Source: Epiperipatus broadwayi (lineage: Eukaryota; Animalia; Onychophora). Taken from it: a DNA stretch of 64,000 nt. Positions 14,245 through 27,203 of the stretch are shown here, piece by piece (positions within the stretch are counted from its first letter, which is position 1; each line of letters starts with the position of its first letter). The stretch lies in NCBI GenBank assembly GCA_028023455.1, contig JAQFVV010000005.1:18290001-18354000 (forward strand), written 5' to 3'. The notes below the pieces were generated by a model. The model had not been told where the DNA came from and searched no databases. It was given only the letters and a program-made list of their open reading frames with translations. Made by a program: the position numbers and the translations under genes.

Positions 14245-14309
14245 ATAAACAATGAGGATTGCCAATTCCTCAACAAGCTTTGTGATAAATGGCAATCCTC
14301 ATTGTTTAT
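14245..14309. repeat. 20-bp perfect inverted repeat with 25-bp spacer
   Basis: ATAAACAATGAGGATTGCCA (14245-14264) and its reverse complement (14290-14309). Confidence 0.85.
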
Positions 14310-14451
14310 AACTTACAAGCTTAAGAGAATAGGGTCATGTGATCTATGACTCTTATTTTGACTACATCTAAAAATGTAGGATTTTTCATATAGCACTAAT
14401 TGCATCTTTTTATATTTATTATTGCAAAGAAATTATACATGTGTAATAAAA

Positions 14452-14595
14452 TTATATAACTAATACACATGACCACATACATGTGAAAAGGATAAATGAT
14501 CTTTTTTCCCCACATGCATGTGGTCATGTGTATTGATTATATAAGCTGGAGTGGATAGCAGAAGGGAGCTTGAAAGTCTGTGTTCAAATCCCTTC
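14452..14595. mobile_element. Short fold-back fragment, family P3
   Basis: Arms about 14452-14485 / 14511-14544 (TAATACACATGACCACATACATGTG), continuing into the P3 terminal motif GAAAGTCTGTGTTCAAATCCC. Confidence 0.65.
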
Positions 14596-14994
14596 TAATT
14601 AAACCTAAAGTTTAGTATATATATTATTCAAATATTACATGTAGTAAAAAAAAAAAGAAAGAAAAATATAATTTAATTTTTTAATTATTATTATATTCTT
14701 TTACGCTTTATTTCTAGTTTATATTATTTTTAATTAGGTATTATTTGTATATTCATAGATACATTTACACTGTAATTCCGGAGCAGTAAATCCCTTTTAG
14801 GAACCCCTGACATTAAACTATCCTAACATCCTGTATTAACTATTGTTCTTAGAATATTATTAATAAGTATTATTTATTTAAAATTGGGTCTTGAGTGAAG
14901 TTTTTTTTAGCGATTTTAAACCATCTCATCATTGATTTGATTACAATAGAAAATTATTTGATTAAACTTATCAAGGCTAGATTAATAGATAGAA

Positions 14995-15564
14995 TTGAGG
15001 GTTGGGTGAAAGTCTGAGTTCGAATTCTTTATATTACATTATATATGTGCAAGTGTGTGTAAGTCTGTACAGTGTATTAATGTACATATTTAAAAACCTA
15101 GTGCGTTAAAGGTCTGCCCATCCCTTGCATATGTATGTAAATAGATTATTCTCCAGTACAACATGAGGGGTCTGAATGACTAAATGGTCAGCATGGGTAG
15201 GATGACAACCTTGGCACTAATGTGGGCTTTGAACATTCCATCATCAGATTTTCAATGAAATGGATGGCTGCAGAGTTGTGGGTTGGAGTAGTTTGAAGCC
15301 TTCCATTAAAGTATGAAGATTGGCTATCTTAATATAAAGCTGAGCACCGATTGTATATATGTGTGAAGATAATAATCTGGACCAACTGATGATTGCTGGT
15401 TTAGCATGAAGTACGTATATTGGTGATTATTTATCTTTTTAACATATGTATGATCAGATGGGTCAGCAATATGAGATGGCATGGAGAGGTGAGGGTTGTA
15501 TGAAAGTCTGAGTTAAAATCCCTTATATTACATTATATATGTGCAGGTTGTGTAAGCCTGTACA
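14995..15564. mobile_element. Family P3 element in partial direct-tandem arrangement
   Basis: About 75-bp direct repeats at 14995-15071 and 15490-15564 flank a body that is the reverse complement of 22390-22790 and homologous to the arms of 19112-19741. Confidence 0.7.
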
Positions 15565-16159
15565 TGTGTTTATTAATAGATACTGCAAAGAAGACAGAAA
15601 AGACTAGCATTTCTTCTCCTTCCCAGTATTGTTGTTTTACTACTGTTTCTTTCATTCAAATATGCAAAAGTGCATGGCTAAAGCAAACATTTAGACTGTT
15701 TCATAGAAACACATAGCCAAAATAAGATTTCAACCTGATCTTTCAGCAGAAATAGTCAAGTTCATTTTTCTTTTCCTTATTCTCTAGGAATTCTCAAAAG
15801 ATATTATCAGAATCACAAATTAAAAGTATTAGCCCCTTTTTTTATCCTTAACTTCCCATTATCTAACTTTCACAACCACAGAAATTCATATAATAGTTTA
15901 ATTTAAATGTGTGAATTTAAAAAGATAAAGCACCTACAATTATAGAGCAAAGGTTTCTCCAGAAATCTCTCATTTCTTGGGCATTACTACCTAATTCCTT
16001 CAATAATTTCCTCATGTGGTTTAGTGAAATGATAAAGTGGCAAATTTGTGAACTAAAATTCCATAGATTTCAGCTCAATTCTGTCATGCACAGTGCTTGA
16101 ATGGCTTTTGACCCCTCAAATAATTAATAATTCAGTTATTTATTTAATAGTGTTTAATT

Positions 16160-16875
16160 ATATATTTATTTAAATGCACATTGATTATGTAAGTAATATT
16201 TACTAAGGCTGTAACCTCAAACATGTGCATGTAAAATGTGATAGTAGGGACCTCTACAGGTTTTAACCACAGCTTAAGTTTTGGATGAAAAGAGGGGAAT
16301 CCTTCTTTACTTCAACCTACTTTCTATTTAAATAGGTGAAGCTGAAGCGGTTTGATCTGCGAGCATGAAGCTATTCAATACTTCATTGATTAAGTCCACA
16401 TTTCTTATTACACATTAATATTCACAAAATCTTTCGATTTACGAGTCAATGGAAAGATCTTATTTTACACGCACATGTTTGAGGTTACAGCCTTAGTAAA
16501 TATTACTTATGTAATCAATGTGCGTTTAAATAAATATATAATTACAACTTTAAATTATCGTAATAGATTTTTAACTATAAAATCTTTCCATTGACTCGTT
16601 GTAAATCGAAAGATTTCACAAATATTAATGTGTAATAAGAAATGTGAACTTAATCAGTGAACTATTGAATAGCTTCACGCTCTCAGATCTAACCGCTTCA
16701 GCTTCACCTATTTATATAGAAAGTAGGTTGAAGTAAAGAAGGGTTTCTCTCTTTTCTTCCAAAACGTAAGCCCTCTTTTCTTCCAAAACGTAAGCTTGTG
16801 GTTAAGATCTGTAGAGGTCCCTACTATCGCATTTTACACACACATGTTTGAGGTTACAGCCTTAGTAAATATTAC
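16160..16875. mobile_element. Complex fold-back insertion, family P1
   Basis: Arms about 16192-16460 / 16583-16875. The centre holds an extra inverted copy of the terminal about 85 bp (16461-16545). There is a 23-bp internal tandem (CTCTTTTCTTCCAAAACGTAAGC x2). 16-bp TSD TTAATAGTGTTTAATT at 16144 and 16876. Confidence 0.8.
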
Positions 16876-17744
16876 TTAATAGTGTTTAATTGATTTTTTT
16901 CTGAACTATCTACCATTAAAAATCCAAAGTTTAAATCCAGGTCATGAGATTGCATAAATATGTCTTAATTATTATCCACAATACCTTTCATATGGCACAC
17001 ATATATACTATCCATTCTGAAATAGATACATTTTAAAGAGCAGTTTTAAATTGATTTAAAAAATAATTCTTGTTATTTTTACTTCAAGAATAACAAATAA
17101 TCCTCTAAGGGTTAATTTAAACCAAAGTGTTGAATGCTGGAATTTTCAAGTGGTCAATTTCTTTCTACTTCAGAGATTAGTTTAATAAAATTAATTTAGC
17201 TACCAGATTCATTCACGATATTTTTGTTAAACATGAGAATAAATTAATTCAATTCCCCGTATGGGCAAACCAAAGAGTACACTTCGTTAGGATACAAAAT
17301 AAATGACTTCAAGATTTTTTTTTAAAAAAAAGTAAAGAAAACAAATAAAGAAATACACGTGTGCATTCAAGATGTCTGGATAAATGAAAGTGAATAAGCA
17401 TATTTAAAAATAAGTGTAGTGATTAAAAAAACGTAAAAGCTAATAAATAACATATATTTTATATATGTACACTACTCTACATATTCAAAGGCAAAATTTA
17501 ATGCAGTTAGTAATTTATGCGGAATCATCAATGATGTAACCCACGAGAAGGTCAATAATTATGTTCATGTCAAACACCACTGCGTTGTTATTATACCATT
17601 CACAAAAGCAGAAAATCTCAGAAAACCATACTATAGGTTGAAGTTCCAAATTATCTAGTTCAGGCACAGATCATGCGCATTCAGTTATTATTGACGTTGA
17701 GTAAACAATCATTGTAAATCTTTACAAAAGACATTTTACAAAAC

Positions 17745-18143
17745 AACACATGTGGCTCGCGCAACCGTTTAATGTGGCTCCCATTGCACTCTTCAAGAAA
17801 AATTGATAAAATATTTTACGTTCCTTGACGCCACATGCACACACTAAAAAATAAACATTTTTACAATACAAACGATAACGTTTTGCAGCGTCAGGTTTCA
17901 CATTAAATAAAATAATTAAAATATACTTTTCCTGTAATTGTAATTTATATGTATGTTACCTAATTTTTAATAAATGAAATGTATTTACATTTTTTTTTCT
18001 TTTTAACATATTACACCAGTTTTTTTTTAGTTTGTGAATTATGTTTATAATGTAATATGAAAAATGCAATATATAATTGTGGCTCCCCAAATTTTTTTAA
18101 ATTCTTAACTGGCTCACGTCAAATTAAAGGTTGGGCATCCCTG
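17745..18143. mobile_element. Partial hAT (Charlie-like) element, right end only
   Basis: Terminus GGTTGGGCATCCCTG followed by TTCTAG, with repeated TGTGGCTC/CTGGCTC subterminal motifs. Left TIR not found. Confidence 0.45.
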
Positions 18144-19111
18144 TTCTAGGCAGTGAGTTCCTTGTAAAACATTAAAATTATTATGTACTGATATATAATT
18201 ACTCTACAAAAGTAATGATATATACTTGTACTTTATAGCTCTGTTGAAGATTTCTGAATTGCTAAAACTAACAACATCAACAAAAACGCACACACACACC
18301 TTATTAAAAAGTATTATTAAAAACACGCAAGAAAAAATATATTAAATTAGGAATCAAAATTGTCATCAAGAATACTTATGGTTTAACTTAAAATAGTGAG
18401 ATATTAAATTGTTTACAAATCAATATTTATTTAATATAAAAATAAAAACGTAATGTTTTCAGCTTGGATAGCTTGAAAAACTTGCCACCAGGTAGTGATC
18501 AAACTACAAACTAGCACAATGAACAATCAATGAATAATTAATGGTTATTCTCACCATGAATTCGATCAAAGCCTAAGTGATTCTCATCAGCCTTGCCTAT
18601 CCTGCTAGCACGGCAAACACTGTAACACAAATGGTGTCAATCATACTATATTAACCTATAATTTGTAACTTTGTTTAATTAATCAAAGATAATTATCAAG
18701 TCCATATCTGGAAATGATGCAACCCCCAGGGCTAACTTGGCTGCAATGTGCAAGTAGTCATTTATTAGATAATAGAATTCTGAAAGTTATAATATTGAAT
18801 TCATGAACTCCAAATTATGCAGATATACAGAATATGTCAAAACTCAAGTTTAGAGACAAATTTAAATTAAATAAAATTAAATATTTGAATGATTTTATTT
18901 TTTGCTAAACACTTTTATTTACTAACGGCTAACATTGAACATGACGTAGTATTTTTTTTGGATATGAAAATTCTAAGTGAGGACTTTTAATGATATTTAT
19001 TAAAATACTTTTAACAAATTTTGACAGTACAACATTCTTTTTGTTACTTATTTTACATAATTTAAATATATATTTGTGGGTGCATATCTTCTAAATCTAT
19101 TTAATATGAAT

Positions 19112-19741
19112 GTAAATATTTGAAATACAGGCAATCTTCACATATCTGGAACTTAAGTGTAAATATAGGGGATTTGAACTCAAACTTTCAAGCACCCTTC
19201 AACTATCCATATTATCTCATACCAACTGATACACACGACCACATACATGTAGAAAAGATAAATAATCATCAATATAATTATTTCATACTGAACCAGCACT
19301 CATCAGTTGGTCCAGATTATCACTCCCACACACATATATATAATCAGTGCTCAGTTTATATTTAAGATAGCAAATCAGGCTTCAATCCACTCCAACTCTT
19401 AAGCCATTCATACCATCGAAAATAATATTGGCATCAGCATGGGATTTAGGCTTTTCATCATCAGATTTTCAATGGTATGGATGGTTGAAGAATTGGAGGC
19501 TGGAGTGGATTGAAGCCTGTCCATTAAAGTATGAAGATTTGCTATCTTAAATATAAAATGAGCACATTATATATGTGTGAATGAGTGCTGGTTTAGCATG
19601 AAATATGTATATTGAGGATTATTTATCTTTTCTATATGTATATGGTCATACATGTATTTATCTTTTCTAGATGTGTATCAGTGGTATGAGAGTATGAATA
19701 GTTGAAGGGTGTTTAAAAGTCTGAGTTCAAATCCCCTATAT
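19112..19741. mobile_element. Fold-back insertion, family P3
   Basis: Diverged inverted arms about 19160-19425 / 19463-19741. 12-bp TSD TTTAATATGAAT at 19100 and 19742. Unpaired extension 19112-19157. Confidence 0.8.
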
Positions 19742-20449
19742 TTTAATATGAATATATAGAATACATGTATAACTTCACCTTTTTTTTTAAACTCTAAATA
19801 TTTTTTACATATTTACTTATAATTTTTCTTATCTACTTTTATGTATTGGTTTTATAGTAAAAATTATAAATAAACTAACAGCCCCGATACAATGTGGAAT
19901 TCATAAAAAAATAAAAATAATGATGTTGTCAGTGACAGTTTCCTTGTTATTATGTTTTCTCTATAAAATGAAAATCTTCAATTCAATGATCCCAAATTAG
20001 TTTCTAGCTTATTGCTTTCATCAGTCAGGAGCTTAAATTTGGACATAGTGTATCTGGACCCTTTGAATTAATGCTCCATTATGTAAGCTGGGATCATATA
20101 ATGTCTTACAGTTCATAATTTTAAGTAAATGTAAAAAAAAAACAATAAAAATAATGTAATACAATTGAATTTTAAAACTTTGAAGAAGGCTGCTAGACAA
20201 TTAAAACTGTTGACAAAATATATATTAATAAAATTTTTTGTTAAAAAGTCCTAAAAAGAAATATCTTGAATTATCATTTTATTTAAGATATAAATAATGC
20301 AAAAAAGCAGAACATTGTGACATAAATAATGGATTTAAAATGACTCTATAAACATCCACTCAAGTTAGATCTAAAGAACTTAATGACCCTAGAATGAGCC
20401 CACAGTCATTCAATCTTCTTGCCTAAATAATAAACATAAAATTTTTTAG

Positions 20450-21950
20450 TCATCCACTACCTATTGATTAGGAATGCTTTTTGCCTTTTTTTTTTTTTTT
20501 TAGAACCAGGAAGCAGAATAGCAACAATTCTATGATCAACTGAAAACAATCAAAATGTTTAATGCTAGACTATTTAGCAAGTAATTATTGTAGGACAAGC
20601 ATTTTTCCATATAAGATAATACTTTTTAAATCAATTTATAAACATAGCATATCAATATTTCCAAGAACGGTTCTCTCCACCTTACTTCAGCTTGAACAAT
20701 AAATGAGCTTTAGATGATATTGCTATCATTATATTGCCGTGATATTCACTACCTTTTGCCTTTATCAATGAGGATTCAAAATTCCACACTGGAACTAATG
20801 CACTCATGTATCTAGCAAACATTTTTAACTTCTTTATTCTGTCAACTTATTAGATTGAAATTTAATATATATATATATATTAGATTTGTAATCAAACTAA
20901 TCCATTTGCATATTTATATACATTTGACATTAGGACAGCAATTACATAAGCTTTCACTGACATAATTAAAAGGAGAAACTGGTATGGAGTTGTGGATATA
21001 ATAACACTATCATCTAGCATTCATTAATTACTTGAGTAGATTGCTCTGGGGTAAGGTCCAAGAGAGCTGCTTTTAAAAAAATATATTAAGAATTATTTGA
21101 GACAGTCATATGATATTTTGTTGGTTTAATAAAAAAAATGTAGGCCTAACAGTGGACCGACTTCTAGTATCATATACTTGTAACCTATATGTGTATCATT
21201 TTAATAAGATTTAATTTAAATTTATAAAAGTTAAAAATAAAAGGCTTTGGAAAAATAATATTTAATGGATAAACATTTTTTCACAGCCAAATCTCATGGT
21301 CAGTTTCTCGAAAGATGAGATGACTTTGAGTATTCAAATAATGAGTCAATTAATCAATTGATTGCATTGACTTTTTTTTTTTACTTTCTTGGCTAATAAT
21401 TGAGCTTAAAATCTTTAGCTTTTGAGAATGGTCTTCTATTTCTGAGCTAATCTGTTCAAAATACTGATAACAATTTATCACTGGTTATCACAAAGTAACC
21501 TATTATTAAGAATGAGGGTGCTTAAATATCTTCTATTAGCTTATTATTTAACCGAGATATAAGATATTAATATAATAACCAAGTTTTGAATTGTGAACTA
21601 TGAATTTATAAGACGACTACAACCCAATTTCAGAAAAGCCCTATTTAATCAGCTGTATCAAGCGTCAATATGACTAATATCATCCTATTTTGATTTGTGA
21701 TAAATGATGCTGGATATTATTATAGATGATTGTGTAGCATTCATTAAAATCTGTCTTGGAAGCCTTACTGAGCATTATCACAGATGAATAAGTAGGATTC
21801 CCTAAAATCCTTCCTGGAAATCTTGCATTGGTATAGTTCACATTGCAAAATTTGATTATTATATCTTAGTTAAATGATGAGCTAGTAGAGGGCGTTTAAA
21901 TGCTCTCGCTTACGCTAATACAAGGTATAACTTGTACTAATTACTTAATT
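20450..21950 (-). pseudogene. Possible decayed hAT transposase
   Basis: Minus-strand remnants appear in hAT order: YTNARFPGR (compare PxYxxPSR), AALLDL (compare AxxLDPR), LARYMSA..VW.FES.L.KAK (compare dimerisation-domain LAxxYLxxPAxSxxSERxFSxAG). Very degraded. Confidence 0.35.
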
Positions 21951-22389
21951 GATTGTTTAATAAATTATATATATGTGTATGTATAATTCAACCTGCATAA
22001 AATCTAATTTCATTTGAGAAGTATAACTAAGTCAGCAACATAAACAACTTTCTTGCTGGTGAAGCAACTTTTTTGTAATTTATATTCTGGAGGATTCTCA
22101 GCTCTTCTTAAAACTAAAGCTGTTGAGAATAATAAAATATCTTTTATTACTTATGTCAACATATTAGTGTATTTAACAAATGGAAGTGTTTTTATGATTT
22201 TATGAACAAATTTTTGGAATCAAAAAATTTATTTTTCGATACATCACTTAATAGATATATACAATTAAATTCACATTAAAACAAACAAAAGAATTTGATT
22301 TTTGATGTAATGATTTTGTGTGTATGTGTAGAAGTGGGTGTCTGTATATATATTATTTTTCTTAGAAGAAATATTTAAGGTGTTTCTTT

Positions 22390-22790
22390 TTTTCCATTGT
22401 TATCTATTATATAGAATATATGAGCACAGACTTTCACACGACCCACCACTTTCCACTCTATCTCACAACGCTGATACACTTGAACACATATATGTCATAA
22501 AGATAAATAATCACCAATATACATATTTCATGCTAAACCAGCAATCATCAGTTGTTACACACATATGCAATAAGTGCTCAGATATATATTAAGGTAGCCA
22601 ATCTTCATACTTTAATGGACAGGCTTCAATTCACTCCACACTCCAACTTTTCAACCATTCATCCAATTGAAAGTTTGATGATGGAATGCTCAAAGACCAC
22701 CCTGAGGCTGAGATTCTCGTCACACTCATGTTGACCTAAATCCAGTCTGACCCCTCATGTACAAAACATAATCCATTTAATACAGGATGT
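22390..22790. mobile_element. Family P3 single (non-folded) copy
   Basis: Co-linear with the left arm of 19112-19741 and the reverse complement of 15110-15530. Confidence 0.7.
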
Positions 22791-23679
22791 GCAGACATCT
22801 CTACTATGTAATAAAAGCTGGAGTAATCCTTAGACTAGTAATGGCTTTTATCAGAGAGTTTTGATTAAATGCCTAAAAACTAGTTTGGTAGTGTAAATTA
22901 TAATATTAATATCTAATATCTATTGATTACATAAGTTTATAATAGATGGCTCTGGAATAGTATTGTTCTCTTGATGGGACAAACAATGTTGTAACTATGG
23001 GTTTAGAACAAACAATAAAGTATTTTGAGGACATGACTAAGAATTTGAAATATAAAAAAGGCAGCTAAGGCTGATAAATTTATTACCAAAGTTCAGTAAT
23101 CAGATAAATTTAAAGTAGATTTGTGTTAATTTGATTTAAAATGTTTGAGTGGGAACAATGGTGCTAATTTTTGGAAAAATTGCATTCATTAGAAATAAGA
23201 TTTATGTAAAAGGAATGGGTTTCATATTTGGGCAACATAAAATAATAGATGAGTTAATGTGTTATAAATTTTTATTCAATAAATTGAAGAAGTAGATGGA
23301 ATACTTAAAGATAAGAGTAAAGATGCAATGTTGGAAATAGAAAAAAAAAACTATAATTATATGTAGCGTTAAAAATAAGGTATAGAATAATGTGGGTAAA
23401 GATAGAAAGATTGAGAATTAAAAAATAATTTTTCTTATGAAGAATATCTAAAAATAGTTGTAAAAATATTTAAAATAACAATGAAAAGTAGTAGAGACAT
23501 ATTTAATGATTGAAAAAGAACTTTATGTTCAGGTATGTGGATGGAAGGAGCTAAATATATGCCATGAGAATAAAGAAAAAATAGAGTACAAAGAAATTGT
23601 AAAAAAAACATATGAAGACTAAATTGAAATTTGGAAAAGAGAAATGGATGTGTAGAACCATATATATGGATATTATAAA

Positions 23680-23944
23680 CCAATAAACATCACATGATCA
23701 CCATTTCTTATGCTTGCTCTTGCAAGCCAGAGTAATTAATGGATGCCAGAAGACTTGTGCATAAAATCCCCATCTAGTGCCTACTCATCCTCAGACTAGT
23801 TTTTGATTTGTGGCCTTTGTCAGTGAGGAGCCTTGGAAAAATAGGCACTAGATGGGGATTTTATGCACAAGCCTTCTGGCATCCATTAATTACTTTGGCT
23901 TGCTTTGAGTGGCAATACATAATGAGAGTTTTGCCTGTTTTTGA
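23680..23944. mobile_element. Fold-back insertion, hammerhead-bearing family P4 (degenerate ribozyme)
   Basis: Arms 23721-23781 / 23844-23904. 10-bp TSD ATATTATAAA at 23670 and 23945. Same termini as 32218-32676. Confidence 0.8.
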
Positions 23945-25658
23945 ATATTATAAAGGTTGAGGATGTGAAATAAATGAATGAAGAGAAATTTAAGTGTTTA
24001 AAAATGGTTATATAATAATAAACTTGAGAAAGGTGGATTGAAAACTAGGAATTTTTGTAAAGAATCTGAAATATATTGTTGCTGATGTGTTTGTAGATAA
24101 AAAAAGAATTAGAAGAGATAAAAAGAATTAATAGGTTTCATGAAAGGGAAAAAGAATATCGTAGTAATTATTATGTTATGTTGATAGATAGTATAGTTGA
24201 CAGAGATGAATAATCAATGAGGTAAATTGAGTAGATTGAATAGGATCTTAAAAAAACAATTATGAAAGATAGTAATCATAAAAGTTATAAAGAATGGATG
24301 AATATGATGAAGAAAATTGCAATTGAGTTGTTATTTAGAATGAACAGAATATATAAAAAAAGAGAAAAACTTTAGAAAGTGTACAAAGAAAGAAAGAAAA
24401 AAGACATAGTAAATATAAATAGGTTGCTAAAAGCAAATGGAGAAATGATAAAGGTTAGATAGGCTACTATTTTTAAAAAAGAAATAATTAAAATAGAATT
24501 AAGACAGAAATGAGTGACCTTAATAAGAAATTAACAAAAGAAATTAATACAGTGAGAAGAGGTGATTGTTAAATTTTTTAGAGATATATGTAAAAAAGAA
24601 TATTGTATTATTAAATGTAAAGGGAAGTGGGTGTGAGATTAGGGAAGAACTTGAATAAATTTTATAATAAAAACCTTGGGAAAGTAGGGATAGTAAGCGA
24701 ATAGTATTCATTAGAGTGTTCAATTTATAAGAAAATGAATTTAGTGATGGATGCAGAATTGAATAGAGCGATAGATAGATTAAAAAAGAGAAATCAAAAG
24801 AACTAGATGGGATGGCAACTGAAGAAGTAATAGGTAGAGGAAAGCTTAATTTAAAAGGTTTTAATATAATTATAGTTGATAATAAGATTCCAAATGAATG
24901 GAAGAATATAGAATTAAGAAAGAAGAAGATTTTAAATCGTTAACTAGCTATGAATCAAAAGCAATAACTTCCATGATTTATAAATTATTTATCTATATCT
25001 TAATGGGTAAAGTTAGAAAATGGATCTAAAAGAATGAAATTTTGAGGGGCATTAAGAATGAATCTCTTTCAGGAAGGAAAAGGGGGATATATTATACTTG
25101 TACTTCAGTTGAATAAAATCATTATTTACTGCATTTTTAGATGTAGAAAAGGCTTATGGTAGGGTTGATAGAAGTACAGACAGTGTAGAAATCTTAAAAA
25201 TATAGGAATATATTATGCAGGATTATTAATATTGATTGAAAGTCTTTACAAAAGTAATTTTTTTATTGGAGAATATAGAAGCAGTAGAAGTTAAATCTGA
25301 AATTGGATTGCAACAAAAATGTCTATTATCAACTTTATTATTTATTTTTTTCTAAGGAATTTGGGATTAATATAAAGATTAGGAATGAGTATTCCTATAA
25401 ATAAAGCCAAGATAATACTTGTGATGTGTTTGGTGTGTGTGTGGTAGTGAATTTATTGACAACAATATAGATATGAAGTTGTATTACAGACAGGTGAAGA
25501 ACTAGAAGAAATATAAAAATTAAATTCAATGAAGAAAAATCTAGATTCCTAGTACTTAATGAGAAGGATAAAACTGAAAGTGAAAAAATAAGATATTTAT
25601 TTCAAAAATTTGGAGTATGGCTATATTTCATATCTTTTTTATATAATAAGTTATAAAG

Positions 25659-25852
25659 AGAGCTCGCAAATAAGTTTTTAACAAGCTTTGCAGAATATCC
25701 CCAACCCCAGACCAGTTTCTGATACTGGCTTCCTCAGTGAGGTGCTAGGATATTCAAGCATTAGATTCAAAATATCAGGACAAGCCCAGCAAAAACTGGT
25801 CTGGGATTGGGGATATTCTGCAAAGCTTGTTAAGAGCTTATTTGCTAGCTCT
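25659..25852. mobile_element. Fold-back insertion, family P5, with hammerhead-like motif
   Basis: 60-bp arms 25659-25718 / 25793-25852. Minus strand 25705-25742 reads CCTCA-CTGAGGA-AGCCAGTATCA-GAAA-CTGG-TC-TGGGG. Confidence 0.7.
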
Positions 25853-27203
25853 ATATATTTGCAATACAAGTTTATTAAATTAGGTCATATGACATATGAC
25901 TTGATTTTTTTTAAAATAAACATAAGATATACAGAATTATTTAAAAAGAAGTGATGTTGCCTAGTTTAATGTTTAGAAATGGTAAGCTTTGCATTGACCA
26001 AGAACTCAGAAAGTTTTAGATAGGATTCAAAGAGAAGTCATTAACTATGCAGTCAGTGATGAATTCACACAGCGAAAAAGCCTAGTCGAGGTGAAATGGG
26101 GTGAACTTCTTTTTTTAATGAGAAAAATTTTTAAATAAATTAAAAGTGTTTGGAAGGCTTCAATAAATGAATGAAAAGAAATTAGTAAATATAGTGTTTA
26201 ATCAGATTATGCAGAGAGAAAAATAAATGTGTGGGCAAAAAAATAATAATAATTTTCAACATACAAAGTTATAAAAAAGTTATGTCTGTGCATTTATATA
26301 AGAAATGTGATAAATATATAGAGAAGGTATTATAGGTATATAATTATGAGGGGTTGGGAAAAAAATAAACACAATGGTGAAAGAAAAAAAGGAGAATTAT
26401 AGAAAATGAATATGAATAAGCAAATAATAATTTGAAGTTGTAATAAAATATAAACAGATATATAATAATAGTAGAGGCAATTTATTGTTAGTTAGTGTAA
26501 GGGTGAAGTTTTAGGTGCCAGAAGGTATCAAAAATAAAACGAGAATTTGGATTATATATATAGTTTATATTCAGATGGAAAAGAAAATAGTGAACACTAA
26601 TTTTTAGAGTTTAGGATATTGAAAGAAGATTAGAATAAATTGTAGAAAAAGTAGGAGAAATTTAAAGGCAAAAAAATGAAAGAAGGATAGATCTCAGGAA
26701 CTTTTATAATCTTTAAAATGAAATTGGGGAATATGAGGAAAAGATAGTTTAATTAACAAAATAAGTTTTATTAAAATGAAATCAAAGAGAAAAATAAGGA
26801 AATAAAAAGATTCAGAGAATGGAAAAAAAATTCTGTAATAAGAAGTAAGAAATATCTGAGTGTAAGTAGTGAATAAAGATTTTTGAGGAAAGGAATGTTT
26901 ATAGCTTATACACAGAAACTTCTGACTTTGTTTAAAGAAAAGCCATTTTTTCTCACAACAAGAATATCTATACCTAACAGCATACAATAAATGTGATGTA
27001 AATTTTTTTTGTAAGTATCAATTTCACAAATTCTAGTCTCTCTCCATGTTTCCTTCTTCAAAATCTTTTTTTGGAATTCATAATACTAAGTATTTAAATT
27101 TTACAGGCCATTAGTTTAAAAATACAAGTATAAAATGAATAGTGAAAGGATTCAAATAAATTAGCTTAAAACCACAAAAAAATATGCAAAAATGTATTTA
27201 ATT

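Larger units (their letters stand above)
22900..26945 (+). mobile_element. Long decayed non-LTR retrotransposon (family L-A), interrupted by two fold-back insertions
   Basis: Purine-rich strand with RT motifs LDGMATE, IPNEWKNI, FTAFLDVEKAYGRVDR (about 25125-25175) and GLQQKCLLSTLLFIF (about 25305-25350). The 3' end TTCTGACTTTGTTTAAAGAAAAGCC matches the fragments at 27250, about 38020 and 43830. Left boundary approximate. Confidence 0.65.

Noticed and set aside
15226-15247. P3 motif CTGATGATGGAATGTTCAAAG (also about 22673) as a hammerhead
   Set aside because: Both copies lack the essential G12 of GAAA, and there are no convincing stems I or III.
18554-18592. Minus-strand CTGATGAG...GATCGAAT hammerhead-like core
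   Set aside because: GAAA is GAAT, and stems I and III do not pair.
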